The notes under the pieces are model-generated. The model did no database searches. It saw nothing but the letters and a program-made list of their open reading frames with translations, and was not told the DNA's origin. Below are positions 1-12,000 of a DNA stretch of 64,000 nt, piece after piece. A program made the position numbers and the translations under genes. Numbering within the stretch: the stretch's first letter is position 1; each line of letters opens with the position of its first letter. The stretch lies in the IMG/VR virus record IMGVR_UViG_3300042868_009074, positions 124,001-188,000 of that record. One strand, 5' to 3'.

Positions 1-2335
1 TATTTAAAAATGAATCCCAAATTCCTCTAGACGAAGCATTTATTTGTGTATCTAACTTTTCTGCATTGCTTCTAAAATCAGAAATATCTGGTGTAAATAT
101 TTTAGTTTGGGTCTCAGCTGGAACAAAAAAGCTTATATTACTTCCGTCTGTCCACTCTTTGTAAACGTTTGTAACAAAAACATCTTGATCGCTATAGCCT
201 ATGACTTCCGGATCTGCAGGAGAGATAGCTTCCATAGCGTTTCGGATAGCAAGTGTAGTATTCAGTCCCGCTCCAGTACTTGAAGGATTTGTGTAGTTTC
301 CTTCTGGTGGAGTTGTTGAATCTGTAGTATCAGTTGGTTTTTTTAGTAAAAACTCTTCGTTAACATAGTTATGAAGTTGGCCTGCAGCTTTACCCATATA
401 TTGTCTATATCTACCCCAGTTAATTGACTGATTAAAATCGTTGATCATAGGCAGAAAAGGCTTGTGATTAAAGTTTGACATTTGCAGAGTAACCGCCAAA
501 CCAAAAGGATAGTTTTCTATAGTTTCGATTATCATGTCGTTTAATGCAACACCTGTAATGCCATGAACTGAATTTAGATAATGATTTTTAATAGGTATAA
601 TTGGAGAATATTTAAAAGCTGCAACCATGCCTCTTAGCGATGAAAGAAATTTATCTATTTGATCTTCATTCCCTGTTTGCTTAAAGTCAATTTTGTAATT
701 ATCTTTTAGATTAATCTTAGAAGCATCTTTGATCGATATGCCCCATATTTCCTCATAGTTGGGGAAGTATAGTTTCATGGATATTTGAACGTGCTTATAC
801 CCGGCGTTATACTTGGCTGATGTTCTTTGTCTAAGACCTTGTTCTCCAAGTGAGGAAATCTTGAATGTAGTCCCTACATCTATTTTGATTGGTGGTACGT
901 AGAAGTTAGCAGCGCCTAATCTTAGGTGAAATACGTCTGGGGATTTAGGAGCTATGTTTTGTCTAAATGGAGATTCTTCTAAAGCTTTTCTAATCCTTTG
1001 TGCGGTATTAACTAATTCCCATGCACCAGTAAATATGCTCTCTCCGTTAACTTGACCAAATGAGGCGACTAAGTCTTTTAGGATAGCTTCTGGGTCATTC
1101 TGGGAATCTTCAACTCCTCCACCAGCTCCATTGTTAGAGTAATCACCAGCAATTGCGAGAGCTTCAAAGAAGAAATTAATTAAATCAGGAAAGTAATTAT
1201 AAAGAGTAGCCATTACAACTGGTTGTCTAGAGAGCACAGAAAGAGTCACCCCTAATTGCTGCAACCATACAGTGTCTCTAGTGCCGTTAACTATATTTCC
1301 TGCACTTGCTTTAACCGTATTTTCATTTCTAAATCTGTCTCTACCGAATTGTCTTATTTCGTCAGAATGAACTAATAGATCCAATAAACCACTTGCTTCC
1401 ATCTGTTGGAATAGTATTTTTTGGTACTTAGAGTCTAGCGCTGTAAGTGTGGCTCCATCTCTTGGTGAAAGTATTTTTTGGAAAACATCATAACCACTAA
1501 GATCTGATAGAACTTGATCAGCTTGTATAAATATGTTATTTTTTCTAGCGATAGTTGCGTATAAGCCACCAACTGCACCATCTGTTGAGTTGTACAACTC
1601 TGGGCTAAGACTGACAAGATAATTCTCTAAAAACGCTATCCTTGATAGATAATTTTCATCAGAATCAAAAACTGGATTAACAGTAGTATCTGTATTATCT
1701 GTAGGTGGATTATTAGCTCCAGGATTAGGTGAGATTTTAGTTTCACCTGATAATGTTTTAGTAACTGGATCCCATTGTCTTAATCTTATAATTGCGTATT
1801 TAACAAATACACTTAAAGATATATAGTTACCAAATAAAGAAAGACCGTTACCCATAGAGGGAGACCTGTCAGTGCCATCTTTATCTTTATTGTAATAATT
1901 GGTCCAAGCAATGTTTGCTGCTCCATCTTTTTGATCTAGATTTGCATTTGGAGAAAGATTGTTATAAAAGTTCTTTCTTAAAAAAGCAACTATTTGTGCG
2001 TCTGTAGCTTTTGAGCTATAGCCACTAGGAGTCATTGGAGCTAAGTAAGAAGCTGCTTCTTTTCTACAAAGCACCCAAAGAGGATCATCAGCATCCGGGA
2101 GAATGGCACTCTCTAGCGCCGGCATTTCGTCCAAATACCAGTAGTGGCTCTCTTTATCTACGTACTGCTGGCTATATGTTCCCTGTTTTACAAATAAAGA
2201 ATAAGTAATTGGCCTGACAAGATAATCTTTCATCTTTATATATGCAAGATTAACTTCTTCTATATAGTCGTCAACTGATTCTTTAGTTGGAAAATTGTCT
2301 TCTAACCAAGCTATAATTTTTGGATTAACTGCCAT
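1..2335 (-). CDS. Large virion/baseplate-region protein, 3' end runs off the window (partial)
   Basis: ATG at 2335 (MAVNPKIIAWLEDNF...); spot checks show an open frame down to position 1 with no stop, which is why the ORF track omits it. It follows the tape-measure-like genes. Confidence 0.6.
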   Translation of the reverse strand, partial: MAVNPKIIAWLEDNFPTKESVDDYIEEVNLAYIKMKDYLVRPITYSLFVKQGTYSQQYVDKESHYWYLDEMPALESAILPDADDPLWVLCRKEAASYLAPMTPSGYSSKATDAQIVAFLRKNFYNNLSPNANLDQKDGAANIAWTNYYNKDKDGTDRSPSMGNGLSLFGNYISLSVFVKYAIIRLRQWDPVTKTLSGETKISPNPGANNPPTDNTDTTVNPVFDSDENYLSRIAFLENYLVSLSPELYNSTDGAVGGLYATIARKNNIFIQADQVLSDLSGYDVFQKILSPRDGATLTALDSKYQKILFQQMEASGLLDLLVHSDEIRQFGRDRFRNENTVKASAGNIVNGTRDTVWLQQLGVTLSVLSRQPVVMATLYNYFPDLINFFFEALAIAGDYSNNGAGGGVEDSQNDPEAILKDLVASFGQVNGESIFTGAWELVNTAQRIRKALEESPFRQNIAPKSPDVFHLRLGAANFYVPPIKIDVGTTFKISSLGEQGLRQRTSAKYNAGYKHVQISMKLYFPNYEEIWGISIKDASKINLKDNYKIDFKQTGNEDQIDKFLSSLRGMVAAFKYSPIIPIKNHYLNSVHGITGVALNDMIIETIENYPFGLAVTLQMSNFNHKPFLPMINDFNQSINWGRYRQYMGKAAGQLHNYVNEEFLLKKPTDTTDSTTPPEGNYTNPSSTGAGLNTTLAIRNAMEAISPADPEVIGYSDQDVFVTNVYKEWTDGSNISFFVPAETQTKIFTPDISDFRSNAEKLDTQINASSRGIWDSFLN

Positions 2336-2345
2336 ATAATATCAC

Positions 2346-2810
2346 TTACTTAAAATAGTTATCGGTTTTTAACATTTTATCCATAGCGGATTTAGTGTTA
2401 TTGGAAAAAGAAAGTTTACTGTAATTATCTATTGTACCACGTTTTGAAGTACTAGAAGTAAAACTCATTGAAGAAACTTTGCCTACACTAGGAGCTTTTC
2501 CTTTTGAACTAGCTATTCTATTTCTTGCTTGTTGATGCTTTGGATTATCGTATCCTGCTTTGTTCATCTGAACATGAGTTGTTGATGAATTTATATATCC
2601 TTCAAGAGAAGGTTTACTAACTTTAGCCTGAGACTTCTGTTCTTGTTGTTTTAATTGTTGATCTCTAGAGCCAACATTAAAATTATCTTGACTTTGAGGA
2701 CCGGAGACTTTTTGAGCATTAGCTTGAGCTTGTTTTACCCTAGGCCTTGTATCCGGGTTGCTTTTTGCAGCGTCGGCCAAGCGGGAATTGGATTGTTGAA
2801 TATTGTCCAT
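2346..2810 (-). CDS. Hypothetical protein (Gln/Ser/Lys-rich)
   Basis: 154-aa ORF tightly packed between neighbouring genes. Confidence 0.6.
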   Translation of the reverse strand: MDNIQQSNSRLADAAKSNPDTRPRVKQAQANAQKVSGPQSQDNFNVGSRDQQLKQQEQKSQAKVSKPSLEGYINSSTTHVQMNKAGYDNPKHQQARNRIASSKGKAPSVGKVSSMSFTSSTSKRGTIDNYSKLSFSNNTKSAMDKMLKTDNYFK

Positions 2811-2820
2811 TACCTATTTC

Positions 2821-5800
2821 CTAATAAGAACTTGCAATTTCTTGATACGGGTCTTTACCCGCATTAGGTATGCCAGAGTATATAGTAGCGTTTGAACCAG
2901 ATTCTGATATGCTTTGAGAAGCATTAATAAACTGTTGGACCTGTGCTTGAGAGCCCACTATGTCTACGCTATAGGATGATCCTAGGTCTCCATTTGACGT
3001 CGGGGAAAAGGATGGGTATTCCATTGTCTCAGTAGTAGGTCTTTCGTATGGGCTTCCACCAGGCAAGAGAGGCGGTCCAGCCACGCCCTCTGCAGTATGA
3101 TCTCTACTCTTCATCTTATTAAATACAGCACCTCCTAGTGCTGCTATTCCTAACCCTACAGCTATTTTAGTTTTATTACCTTTTGCGTAATTGAGGAAAT
3201 TAGGAAATTTTTCAGATAGTGCATCGCCTATCTTTGTATACTTAGGACCCGTTAAATCAGCCATTGTTCCTGCTGCTGTCCCTACCTCGTCAGATAGATA
3301 TCTTGCTGCTATATCGTTAAAAACTGGTATAGGATTTCTTAAATCTTGTTCAAAAAGACTTAAAACGTCTAAAGCCTCTTGAGAAGTAGATACTCTTCTG
3401 GCTTCAAATCTTGACCCCATTAAAGCTAACTGATTTATATATTGGTTATGCTCTGGTAAAGAGTTCAGGTTAGCAACCGGACCAACTCCATCGGCCATTG
3501 ATTGATCAACTAGATCTTTTCTAATTAGAGATAAGGTTGTATCTTTATCTTGAGAATACATTAATTGAGTAAAGTGTTCTAGTTTTTTAGCCTGTTGTTG
3601 GTCGACTGTTTCTGCTGTTTCCAACATTGTTTCTTCTATGAGGTCTCTAAGTGATCTTCCTTTCACGTCTCCGTGTTTAGCTGTAAGATCAGGAAATATA
3701 TCTTGTAAATTGTCGTCAACAAACCCACCTCGTTCAGTAAGTCCTGCTTCTGGTGAGTGGTTTCCTTCTGGACGCAGTATTTCTTGTAGTCTTTTTGCAA
3801 CGGAATCTTCTGCGCTTGCTGCTCGCTCTCCGGCTGATTCTTCTAATTTTACAATTAAAGAATTAAAAATTTCCTCATCCCCAGCAACTGATTTACTAAC
3901 TTTATTTACTAAATCTGACTTTACAGCTTCGTAAGCTTTTCCTAATTGTATTCTTCCAGTTTTATCAAAAAAGTGCTCGCCCCTAAGAAGGGCATCATCC
4001 ATTAGTTTTCCAAGAGTCCTTGTATCAGCATCTTCTGATGCTATTAATCTTTGTGATTCTATATAATAATGTTCTAGCAGACTTCTTGCATCTACTGGAC
4101 TTTCGATTGATGTTAACTGTTTTTCTAAATGATTATAGATCAAAGCCCTTGCTGCTGCTTCGTACTGTTCTCTTTGTCTCATTAGTTCAGCTTGAACATA
4201 TCCAAGTTTGTCTGACGGAGAATGGAAAGCAGCTATCATATCTCCTAAGCCACCTTTTATTAGACCTTTTACTTCTTCATTTATATTATAGCTACCAAAA
4301 TTCAAGTTATTAGTTACAGCTCTAATTTGAGAATTTAATTCTCCTATTTCTTTAACTAAATTTGTTTCTACTATTTCTTCTCCAATTTTTAAGTCTACTT
4401 TTTTTAACAAATTTAGATCTGTTAATTCAATTAATGAACGGTCTACATTTGCGTCTCTACCAGCTTGAGATTTTGCTTTTAACATTTCAGAAAAAGCTGT
4501 ATCACCAGTTCTTTGAATTTTTAACTTATCTTTTATACCTCCAAATTCTGATGCCGCTTCTTCAAGGGTGGAGCTTCTGTATCTTGCTAATAGATCCTCT
4601 CCTTTATAGGCTAATCCAAACCTCTTATCTCCTAACATTGTATTAATTGCTCTTTGTTGCACCTTTTCATATGTTTCACCTTCATCAAAATTTGGTTTAC
4701 TTTTAAATTCTTTAAGGCTAGCCCTAATGAAATTATAAAAATCTTCAGTTTCTTTAGTCGCAGCATCTGGTCCATACCTTTTTAAGTATGCCCTGCTTCC
4801 TTGTAGTATTCCTTGTAGAAATTCTTCAACGTCTTTTGAGTTAGAACCTTTTGCCCTAAATACCAATTCATCCATTCCCATTCTTAAAAATTCATCAGTT
4901 CCAAGCTGTCCAGAGTGAAAAGCCATTCTCATCTTTCCAAATTCTACTCCAGTTTGACGTATCATGTTTTTTGAAATTGCAGCGCTTTGCGCGTTTACTG
5001 CTTCCATTATTTTAGCCCTTTTACCAGGGTCCATAAGTGCTGCGGTAAAATCTTCTATTCCTTCGTATTCTTCTAAAACTCTTGTCGCCTTTGAATCAAA
5101 AAGAGATCTCCAATTTTTATCATATCCATCTAGTTGGGTTCCAACAAGTTCTTCTTTTAAGTCATCTACATTCAGATTGTACAATTGAAAAAATGCTTTA
5201 GCAGTTGAATCTTCTATATTTACTCCTTGAGTTGTTTCAAAGTACCTTTGATTTTTAACAACCTCTTCAAACAATTGAGTCATTTGTATTTTAGCATTTC
5301 CTCCAATTGCTGCGTCAATTGCAGATTCAGGGTCATACGCAAAAAAGTGAGATTTAAAGAAATCAACATCGTCAGGAGTCATTGTGCTACTCTTTAATAT
5401 GTCATCCATTTGTCTTTCAAACGAAGTAGTAAATCCCAATGTGTCAATATAAGAACCAAGACTTCCAGCTTTTTGAGTAGTAGCTTGTTCAGCCAACCTA
5501 GTCTTAAGATGCATCATCTCTTCCAGTATTGAATTTCCTATTTTTGTATTATCTGATCTAACGCCAAGACTTGCTAGATAATGTGCAGTAGTAGTCTCAG
5601 AGAAACCTAAAGCTTTGCCGTCAATTTGTAATTCATTATAAAATTTAGCGTGCTCTGCAAAAGTTGCTCCTGGCGGTAGAAAATCATTATCGAATACCCC
5701 TTTTGATCTATTTGAGTCAACAATATTTCTCATTGCGTCAACAAATCCTTGATCTTCCGATATTGTTAAGGATGAATTTTGGATTTGTATTCTTCTACTA

Positions 5801-8800
5801 TTTCTATAAGCAGCTAATTTACTAGGATCATCTGCAAAGTCAGCTTCTGTTAATTGTCTAGCAGTAGACATCCTTATACCAGTCTTTGGATCTACTACTG
5901 TTTTTGCTATAAGATTTTCACTAAGTTCGTTGATGAGCCCTTTACCTGGTCCATAAACACCTGGTCCTAACTTTGATCTTTCTGAAACTCTAATAATCAT
6001 GTCTTCAATTACATCATCGCTAATATATCCATTTTCACCATTTCTATATATGTCAGCAAGTGCCATATTATTTCTAGATATAGCGTTAAGATACCTAACT
6101 GCCCTGAAATCTTCAGCTTCTCTTGCTGATAGACGTGATAGTGATGTAGATAAAGTAGTTTCAAAACCATCTTTAGTTTTATTGCTGTAGAGTAAGTTAA
6201 TCCCAGTTGATTGATCCATTTGTTCGCTAAAGGACATTAACGCTTCTCTAAAGTTTTCCCCCAGTTGATCTTGCCCTCCAAACATTCTAGCAATTGTCTT
6301 ATTGTCCATTTGAGGTGCTAATATAGAAAATTCTTCCGGACCAGTCGGCTGTCTAAATGAAAAAGCAACTAATCTTCTTCTTGCAGTGCCATCACGACCT
6401 ATTTCGTTTGAATTTATATAATGAAGATCTGTAATAAATTTGTCGTCTAAGTCGAATCCACCTTTTGCTTCATAGAGTTCATCTAGAGTAGAACCGCCAA
6501 CCACGATCTTATGATCATCGTGTCTATACTTTGGCATTCTTAGTATTTCTCCACTATTTGCTAATGATATTTCTCTATGTGCATTTTGGTTAAGAAGAAG
6601 TGTATCTTCCGCTCTTCTACCAACTCCAATTGTTTCAGCAAATGATCTGTTTTTTTCTATTTCAGAATGTTTTAACCCACGTCCTATTAGGTTTTCTTCC
6701 GTATCAACCGCATGTCTTTGAGCGTTTGGCAGTACAACTGCATTGATATCTCTTTTTATTGCTTGTCCGTCTGCGCCTACTCCGGACTTATATTGTTTAC
6801 CTTTTCTAAATACTTCTTTAGAAGAAGTTTCAATTATCTTATTTAAAAGCTCAGGAAGTTCTGTTGGTCTTGCACCATTTCTTATGGCTGTTTGTATTTC
6901 AAGAGCATCTTGTCTATATCTCATAGCCATTGATCTTGATTGAAAACCTAATTGTTCAAAATCATCTGGATTTAAAGAAGCTTGTCTTTCTATACTTCTT
7001 AAGATAGATTCAGGAACTACTCCAGTATCTTTCATTGTTTTTATCTCAGCGCTAAATTGAGACATGTTTTCTCTAACTTGATCAACTAATTGTTGATTGC
7101 TATATACTTCAGGATGGAATATGGAAGCTTGAAAATCGCTAAAAACTCTTTCTCCAGGAAAATGCCTAGCAGAGTCTAATGATATATATTGCCCAGAAAC
7201 ACCTGCTTCTCCAAAGAGAGACCAATTTGCTCTACCAAAGTTTGTTTCTCTTTTAAATAGTTCTTTTGAACCAAATCCTATAACACCAAGATCATCAGAG
7301 ACATGGCTTATATCTCTAACGTCTAAAACTGCCTTTACTCCACCTTGAGATAATCCAATTCTTGCAGTTAAGTCATCATGTGATTCTGCTATTTTTTGAG
7401 TTGCGCTTTTTACATCAGCTAGTCTTTTCTTTACGTGATCTATTCCGTATCCATCTCCAAAAATTCTAGCTATCTCAGCTTCTCCGGCTGCTGCATCAGA
7501 TTTATGTGTTGATATAATAGCTTCTAATTCTCCAATTTCAATTCGATTAGCATGTAGCTTATGCTTTACCGCAAAATCAGCAAGTACTCCTGAACCGTCA
7601 TATACTCTTTCTCCATCTCTAAGTTTTTGTACAATGCGGCCTAATTTATTATGACTTAATCCAGCTGCATTACTTAGCCCATCCATATTAGGACCCTGTG
7701 TTTTGGAAAGATTTTCTAAATGTTCGATGAAATCATCAAGCTTAAATCCTGCACCTCCTTTATCAGATGCATAATATTTTTTTAATTCCTCACCTAAAGA
7801 TTCAAATTCAAATTCACCTACACCGGCTACTTTTAATATACCTCTGATTGATTCAGCTGATACATTAAGCTCATCTTGCCCTACGCCTTTTATTATTCTT
7901 AAATTTGCAGTTAAAGAAAGTTCATTCTTTGCATTTGCAGATATTGATTTTTCCGTAAAATCTTCAAATAAACTTTTTCCATTATCTAATTTAAAAGCTT
8001 CTAATAATCTAGATTCAGTAAAATCTGTTTTTATAAATAAATCATCTAATGTTTTAGGAAGAGCATCTAGTGACTCTAGTCTTTTGTATAATTCTGGATT
8101 ATTAGTTTTAATTTTTTCAATAGCTGCTTCTATTAACGTGTCTACTTTATCTCCTGCTAAGGAAAAATCTCTTGAAGATGTTGAAGCGGAAATTCTTTTG
8201 TCTAATTTTTGGAAAAGTCCACCCAATTGTTGTAATGGATTATAGTTAATGAGAGAATCCATATTATCTGATAATATAGCTGGATTTGCTAATCCTATTT
8301 TCATCATAGCAGAACGGGAAACAGCTTCACCTCCCATTGCGACGCTAAGCTTCGCGTACTGAGCTTGAGTTAAATAAGTAATAGCACCGTCTTCGTTAAT
8401 GAACCTATACCTTAATGCCACTGCATTGTTATCTCTCGTAGTTAAGAAACCAAAAGTACTTTCATTTTCATTTAAAGCGCCTGTTAAAGAAATTTCTGGA
8501 AGAGGTATATGCTTAGGTTCAGCTCCTCCTGTGGTGTAAGCTGGATTTAATATCCTAGCTTCTTCTCTTTGCAGATCATGAAGTTCTTTTAATTTTATTC
8601 TCAAACCTTTTGGCACGTTGTCGTCAGTATATTGAATAGCAGATTGCCCGTGTATTATATTATTGATATCAGAGTAGGCAAGTCTTTCAACCTCTATTCT
8701 TCTTCCTCTTAATGAACTGAGTCCAGCATCTTCTAATACTTGTTGCATTAGGGTGTTTGAAGATGATCTTTCTAAAAATTCATTTATTACATTAGTCTGA

Positions 8801-9036
8801 CCTAAATGCTCGTAGCCAAATGGGTCCAGAGCTGAACCTGCTAAAATTTGAGCTTCATTTACTCCCAATTGGGCAGTATGGACATAGGCTTGCCCTAAGC
8901 CCTCTTCTGTTAGGTCGTACAACCTTCCGGTAACTGAAGATTTAATCTTAAAATCACTACCAATTTTAACTCTAGATAAAAGACCTCTTTGGAAGTAAGG
9001 ACCGTCCATCGATGAAAGATATTCATTCATGTCCAT
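2821..9036 (-). CDS. Giant virion protein (2071 aa); candidate two-barrel RNA-polymerase-like domain plus tape-measure-like C-terminal part
   Basis: Intact 6.2 kb ORF directly after the tape measure. Motifs R559...GGVK568AVL, ELFK595, GGFD862LD864D865K and FR895QPT; hydrophobic Gly/Ala segment near the C-terminus (IAVGLGIAALGGAVF). Confidence 0.6.
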   Translation of the reverse strand: MDMNEYLSSMDGPYFQRGLLSRVKIGSDFKIKSSVTGRLYDLTEEGLGQAYVHTAQLGVNEAQILAGSALDPFGYEHLGQTNVINEFLERSSSNTLMQQVLEDAGLSSLRGRRIEVERLAYSDINNIIHGQSAIQYTDDNVPKGLRIKLKELHDLQREEARILNPAYTTGGAEPKHIPLPEISLTGALNENESTFGFLTTRDNNAVALRYRFINEDGAITYLTQAQYAKLSVAMGGEAVSRSAMMKIGLANPAILSDNMDSLINYNPLQQLGGLFQKLDKRISASTSSRDFSLAGDKVDTLIEAAIEKIKTNNPELYKRLESLDALPKTLDDLFIKTDFTESRLLEAFKLDNGKSLFEDFTEKSISANAKNELSLTANLRIIKGVGQDELNVSAESIRGILKVAGVGEFEFESLGEELKKYYASDKGGAGFKLDDFIEHLENLSKTQGPNMDGLSNAAGLSHNKLGRIVQKLRDGERVYDGSGVLADFAVKHKLHANRIEIGELEAIISTHKSDAAAGEAEIARIFGDGYGIDHVKKRLADVKSATQKIAESHDDLTARIGLSQGGVKAVLDVRDISHVSDDLGVIGFGSKELFKRETNFGRANWSLFGEAGVSGQYISLDSARHFPGERVFSDFQASIFHPEVYSNQQLVDQVRENMSQFSAEIKTMKDTGVVPESILRSIERQASLNPDDFEQLGFQSRSMAMRYRQDALEIQTAIRNGARPTELPELLNKIIETSSKEVFRKGKQYKSGVGADGQAIKRDINAVVLPNAQRHAVDTEENLIGRGLKHSEIEKNRSFAETIGVGRRAEDTLLLNQNAHREISLANSGEILRMPKYRHDDHKIVVGGSTLDELYEAKGGFDLDDKFITDLHYINSNEIGRDGTARRRLVAFSFRQPTGPEEFSILAPQMDNKTIARMFGGQDQLGENFREALMSFSEQMDQSTGINLLYSNKTKDGFETTLSTSLSRLSAREAEDFRAVRYLNAISRNNMALADIYRNGENGYISDDVIEDMIIRVSERSKLGPGVYGPGKGLINELSENLIAKTVVDPKTGIRMSTARQLTEADFADDPSKLAAYRNSRRIQIQNSSLTISEDQGFVDAMRNIVDSNRSKGVFDNDFLPPGATFAEHAKFYNELQIDGKALGFSETTTAHYLASLGVRSDNTKIGNSILEEMMHLKTRLAEQATTQKAGSLGSYIDTLGFTTSFERQMDDILKSSTMTPDDVDFFKSHFFAYDPESAIDAAIGGNAKIQMTQLFEEVVKNQRYFETTQGVNIEDSTAKAFFQLYNLNVDDLKEELVGTQLDGYDKNWRSLFDSKATRVLEEYEGIEDFTAALMDPGKRAKIMEAVNAQSAAISKNMIRQTGVEFGKMRMAFHSGQLGTDEFLRMGMDELVFRAKGSNSKDVEEFLQGILQGSRAYLKRYGPDAATKETEDFYNFIRASLKEFKSKPNFDEGETYEKVQQRAINTMLGDKRFGLAYKGEDLLARYRSSTLEEAASEFGGIKDKLKIQRTGDTAFSEMLKAKSQAGRDANVDRSLIELTDLNLLKKVDLKIGEEIVETNLVKEIGELNSQIRAVTNNLNFGSYNINEEVKGLIKGGLGDMIAAFHSPSDKLGYVQAELMRQREQYEAAARALIYNHLEKQLTSIESPVDARSLLEHYYIESQRLIASEDADTRTLGKLMDDALLRGEHFFDKTGRIQLGKAYEAVKSDLVNKVSKSVAGDEEIFNSLIVKLEESAGERAASAEDSVAKRLQEILRPEGNHSPEAGLTERGGFVDDNLQDIFPDLTAKHGDVKGRSLRDLIEETMLETAETVDQQQAKKLEHFTQLMYSQDKDTTLSLIRKDLVDQSMADGVGPVANLNSLPEHNQYINQLALMGSRFEARRVSTSQEALDVLSLFEQDLRNPIPVFNDIAARYLSDEVGTAAGTMADLTGPKYTKIGDALSEKFPNFLNYAKGNKTKIAVGLGIAALGGAVFNKMKSRDHTAEGVAGPPLLPGGSPYERPTTETMEYPSFSPTSNGDLGSSYSVDIVGSQAQVQQFINASQSISESGSNATIYSGIPNAGKDPYQEIASSY

Positions 9037-9038
9037 CT

Positions 9039-12000
9039 TTATCTAACTCCTGCTTTTATATTTACGGATCCAGATCCTGAATAAGATCTAGACTCAGATA
9101 TGGTCCCGTTAATTCCTTGGTCATACATTAAACTTTGAAGTCTATTTTTGACATCCTGTGAATTTCCCATTTTTCTACCGTTGCCAAATTCTGGATAACT
9201 AGGATTTGTTAAATTTGCTTCTTTGATCTGTTGTGGATAGTAACCCATTTGCGACATCTCTAGACCCATTGATTGTCCCATTTTTATCTTTACATGTTCC
9301 ATATTTGTATTTGGGTGCCAACCTTCCCAATCTTTACCTGGAAGTTCATGAGTTTGGAAATATTCAGTTAGATCTGGTTTTCTTTCTACTGGCATTCCCC
9401 AAGCAGCTTCGTATATTCTTCTCTCTAGTCTTCCTGCAGTTGACAAAATTCTTTTTCTTTCGCCGGCAGGAGCTTGTATCATTGCTTTAAAATGATCTCT
9501 TTTTCTTTTTGGAATACCAGCAGCTAGTGTGTCTACTGAAGTGCTGTCAAGATCTGTGCCATACATGGTCTTCTTGCTTGCTGCCATGTATTGCTTAGCA
9601 GCTTCGACATCACCAGATTGGGCTGCTCTAGAAGCTGCTGTTCTATTTTTTGTATAAGTTAAAATATCAGAATATTCTTCTAGCGCTAATTCCTTTTTTC
9701 TTTGCATAGGGATAAATCTACGTTCAGACAATTTACTAAAAGCAGAAAAACCACCAACAGTTAAAGCACCTATCGCAGTAGCGCCTGCCTTTGCAGCTTT
9801 TCCTTTCACAAATTGTCTAAAAGCAAAACCACCAACAGCTGCAGCAAGAAGCGGATTTCTTTGTGTTCCCTTGTAGTAGATAGGCTGAACAAAACTTTCT
9901 ACAGGTCTTTGCCATTCTGGAAACGTAGAACCATAAATATGTCTTCTTTCGTAGTCTTCAGTAGCATTTTTTCTTCCTGTAAACTTGTTATTAATAAAGT
10001 TGTCAGTATGAAGAGCAGCGTTTTTTGCAGTTGAGAATGGGTTAAGAGCTTTGTCCGTAAAGCTACTATCGTCGTAAGCGGTAAAGTTATTTTTACTATT
10101 TTTTATAGCGTTTTGTTGCGCTCTAATCTCGGCAACTTTTTCTCTCTCTTCTTCAGATAAACCTATCTTATCAATTCTTCTTTCTAGGTTTCTGTATTCT
10201 TTAGAGTATGGGGCAACGTCTGCTAGTATGTCTAATTGATTAACTGCTCCATATCTACCATTTCTATCTGGATATAATTTATTTAGCCTTTCATAGCCAA
10301 TACCAGGTAATCTCATTTCTCCTTCTGCAACTTTTGTAAAAGGATCGCCTGTTGTAAAGTCTATAAAGTTTTCACTTCCCGGCAAGAATGGATATTTTTT
10401 ACCCATAGTATTCTTAATTGGGTTAAGCATATTGACAGTTGTTCTTTTACGTGGAACAAATCTTCTTGCTATTTCTGATAGTTCAATATTTCCAAGTGGA
10501 CCTTCTGCTGGCAACGGTAAATCGCCCATACCTCCAAGGTTTAAGTCCCAGAATGCCCTAGTTGTGCCGTATGCCTCAGAAGCTGATTGCAGAACCGGTT
10601 TATCTGGCTCAAAATCGTATGCTCCCATTCCTAAAGATCTTCTAACATTACCTTCCATGAAACCATATATACCAGCAGTTTCTTGAAGCTTATATGCAAG
10701 ATCTCCCTTTAGATAATCGTTAGATCCGCTTCTTATCGGCAATCCAGATGCCACTATCTTTTCTGGCATCATCATAGGGCCTACAGGAGGCCCGTATACG
10801 CCCCCTGAGCTGCCTCCTGAGCGTGTAGAGATAGATTGGGCTAGAGATGGACTACCGAGCTGCAAATAGCCGTTAGAAGAGCTATTACCTGGTCCTGAGT
10901 TTCTAGATAAAGCTATGTTTGAAGAAGATAATTGATTTCTAACAGAATTACCAGCAGAATAAGTAGCACCAGCTGAACTTGCGTACATCGCATTAGATTT
11001 TGAAGATACTGTACTTTCAGATCCTTGGTATGATCCAGAAAAAAATGCAGTTGTAGGTATATTCCTAAGAGGTTTTCTTGGGATATTTGGTGGTGGAGCA
11101 GCTGCATAAGAAATTTGAGGATTTGGTGCTATATCAGCTTGTCGAAATATCCTTTGCTGTTGAGGAAGATACGCTCCGCCTTGGCCTGCCGGGACGTATG
11201 ATGCTAGGGCTGCATCAACTTCTTCTTTATGCATTACCTTCTGTGGTTTAAGTATTTTTCCAACAGTCATGTTTAACGCTGGAGTTAAGGGACCAAAAGG
11301 ACCACTAAAGTATTCTCCAGTTAAAGGATATGGCCTATCTTCATAATGCTTTCTTTCAAATCTATATGGGTCTAATGGTCTTAGCGGTGAGAAGTCATTG
11401 TAGAAAGCTGCTTTTTCAATTGGGCTACCAAACGCCTCGGGTGTAAACGTAGGGGCAGATTGCATTCTCCTGTACCACGATGGCCTGAAGTATTGTATCT
11501 TTCCACCCTTAAAAGGAGTATTACCTAACGCCCACCATCTGCCTTGTCTTACGGCTGTTTCGCCTTTTAGAAGTTGATCTTTTTTCTCTTTGCGATTCAT
11601 TCCACCAGGAGTAACCCCTGACATTATAGATCTTGCTTCAACTCCGACTCTAGCTGCCCCACCAAGAACAAGAGGAGAATAAACCCTTTCTCCTCTATCA
11701 TCTTTTGGATTGACCATTCCACCAGCAGTTCTATCTACTGTTAAGGCAGCTGTTCCAATTGCTAAAGCTGGAAGAACTCTTTGGCCAACAAGACCTGCTG
11801 AAAACATCGAAACTGGTCCGCTATAGGCGTTCATATCGGTGCCTGCGCCTACTGTGCCAAAGTATCTATTCAGTCTTCCAAAACCATGAGACATTGGAAC
11901 TGAGGCAAAAGAAAAACCTTCTTCGTTACCATATGTTCCTATTCCACTTGCGCTTAATAGGGTCTTTACAGGGCTTCTATTAAGTGCTGTTTTAAATGTT

